Source of the DNA: an uncultured Candidatus Saccharibacteria bacterium
GTDB lineage: Bacteria > Patescibacteriota > Minisyncoccia > Phycocordibacterales > JAKFXT01
DNA length: 64,000 nt
Assembly (NCBI GenBank): GCA_964385825.1
Contig: CAYLPX010000003.1
Coordinates: 37,559-101,558 of the forward strand
Reading direction: 5' to 3'
In this document: positions 63,010 through 64,000 of the stretch, piece after piece
How the letters are laid out: each line of letters starts with the position of its first letter
Position numbering within the stretch: position 1 is the first letter of the stretch
Made by a program: the position numbers and the translations under genes
Notes under the pieces: generated by a model
Seen by the model: the letters and a program-made list of their open reading frames with translations, nothing else
The model's database searches: none
What the model was told of the DNA's origin: nothing

Positions 63010-64000
63010 CTATAATCTACCAACTATCCTATTGAACTGCTCGCCGCGGTCATACTCGTTTTTGAAAAGTCCAAATGAGGCACAGGCAGGACTTAAAAGC
63101 ACTATATCTCCCTTCTTGGCTAACTCCTTAGCTTCTTCGAGCGCATATTTCATAGAGTTATATTCAACTGCTGGAACTTTCATCTTACTCCACATAACCT
63201 TAAGCCGCTCAGTCCCTGTACCAAATAGGAAAATAACCGCCTTACAATACTTCGGGATTATTTTAAGTAGCTCATCAAAAGAAAGATTCTTATCGCTCCC
63301 TCCCATAATGAGAACGATGTTCTTCTTTTTGATGTCTCCTAATGCACGCAGTGCTGCGATGGTTGCATCCGGTGTAGTAGCTGTTGTGTCATTATAATAA
63401 CTAACACCTTTCACCGCTCGTACGAACTCAAGACGCCCTGGAACTCCCACAAAACTTTTCACTCCTTTTTTAATAACACTATCGTTAATACCAAGCCTGC
63501 GAGCAACAATTACTGCTATAGCTACGTTATAGAGGTTATGTGCACCTTTAAGTTTGGTAGGGAAATCTTTAACCGAAGTTGGAGCAGTTATAAAGTTTCC
63601 CTTAAACTCCTTCATCATAGGAGCAACCTGCTTTCCCACCACACACCAATCACCCTCTTTCTGGTACATAAAAATGTTAGCTTTATCTTTGAAGTAAAGA
63701 CTTCTATCATTTTTGTAATAGGCCAAATGATCGTCCATAAAGGTCGTGAAGACGGCCACTTGCGGACTTATTTCACTATCACCGAAACCTTGCAGTTGCC
63801 ATGAATCAAGCTCAAAAACAGCGTAGTCAGCACTTTTTGCTTTAGGAAGTAGAGCGAGGGTTGAAACACCAACTACATTCCCACCAAGCAAGACTTTTTT
63901 CTTTGCAGTGGTTAAGATGTGATAAATAAGATGTGTTACGGTGGACTTACCCCGTGTTCCCGTAATTCCTATAAGCGGAACATCAGTAAGTTTCGCAAAA
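63010..64000 (-). CDS. murD: UDP-N-acetylmuramoylalanine--D-glutamate ligase (5' end outside window)
   Basis: The frame stays open to the window edge. Upstream residues include the Mur-ligase P-loop (IGITGTRGKST), and the C-terminal domain is MurD-like. Confidence 0.8.
   Translation of the reverse strand, partial: FAKLTDVPLIGITGTRGKSTVTHLIYHILTTAKKKVLLGGNVVGVSTLALLPKAKSADYAVFELDSWQLQGFGDSEISPQVAVFTTFMDDHLAYYKNDRSLYFKDKANIFMYQKEGDWCVVGKQVAPMMKEFKGNFITAPTSVKDFPTKLKGAHNLYNVAIAVIVARRLGINDSVIKKGVKSFVGVPGRLEFVRAVKGVSYYNDTTATTPDATIAALRALGDIKKKNIVLIMGGSDKNLSFDELLKIIPKYCKAVIFLFGTGTERLKVMWSKMKVPAVEYNSMKYALEEAKELAKKGDIVLLSPACASFGLFKNEYDRGEQFNRIVGRL

Noticed and set aside
1-64000. Alternative genetic code (UGA recoding as in Gracilibacteria/Absconditabacteria) given the RF1-only context
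   Set aside because: Very long ORFs (secA 840 aa, the 728-aa ligase, asnB 596 aa) are uninterrupted under the standard code. prfB could simply be outside the window.
1-64000. tRNA, rRNA or other canonical RNA genes
   Set aside because: By eye, no intergenic segment carries tRNA-like clover-leaf signatures (GTTC/TpsiC arm plus acceptor complementarity). Only terminator hairpins and the GC islands were found. A tRNAscan-SE or Infernal run would confirm.

Overview
This 64-kb window is AT-rich, compact, and coded almost entirely on the minus strand. Gene content and organisation suggest a Candidate Phyla Radiation / Patescibacteria-type genome (Parcubacteria-like). That assignment is inference from gene content only: split transketolase, minimal Obg, many membrane-anchored hypothetical envelope proteins, and host genes that lack Shine-Dalgarno (SD) sequences.

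Main blocks, left to right:
- 1-5.1 kb: partial Cys-rich secreted protein, TPR protein, prfA (RF1), rpmE (L31), a coiled-coil lytic transglycosylase, and rplY (L25).
- 5.1-13.1 kb: a glycolysis / pentose-phosphate operon (fba, PfkB kinase, C39-like peptidase, split transketolase with small membrane proteins interleaved, rpe, rpiB, gap).
- 13.2-17.2 kb: six uncharacterised secreted or membrane proteins.
- 17.2-19.6 kb: gatB and obg.
- 19.7-23.6 kb: an envelope / oxidative-folding module (two DUF360 holin-like paralogs, VKOR, DedA, DsbA-like thioredoxin, VOC enzyme).
- 23.6-28.0 kb: secA with an unusual upstream region, then murB.
- 28-54 kb: a very large surface-glycan locus. It contains an O-antigen-ligase/TPR fusion, a Wzx flippase, six GT4 glycosyltransferases, six SAM-dependent methyltransferases, two Fe(II)/2OG dioxygenase-like proteins, KpsF, a TagF-like transferase, AsnB, and a UDP-glucose-dehydrogenase plus ArnA-C-terminal-like UDP-GlcA decarboxylase pair.
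- 54-59.9 kb: an SDR oxidoreductase, an LTD+PKD surface protein, a soluble TraG/VirD4-like P-loop ATPase with a long charged tail, and a type IV pilin.
- 59.9-64 kb: rsmI, murC, a NUDIX hydrolase, and partial murD.

The most unusual signal is a set of short G+C-rich islands at about 54.0, 58.6 and 60.6-61.2 kb. Each carries a 73-87-aa ORF and ends in a tight GC-rich hairpin terminator about 20 nt past the stop. Three of the four ORFs have a strong GGAGA-N5/6-ATG ribosome-binding site, which host genes lack; the fourth has a weaker G-rich SD-like stretch.

Two related oddities:
- A fossil, synonymously diverged duplicate of the tktB 5' end, fused to GC-rich DNA (9.1-9.3 kb).
- A GC-rich 43-bp tandem repeat plus a lysine-rich 20-codon micro-ORF in the secA leader.

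No rRNA, tRNA or CRISPR features were found.
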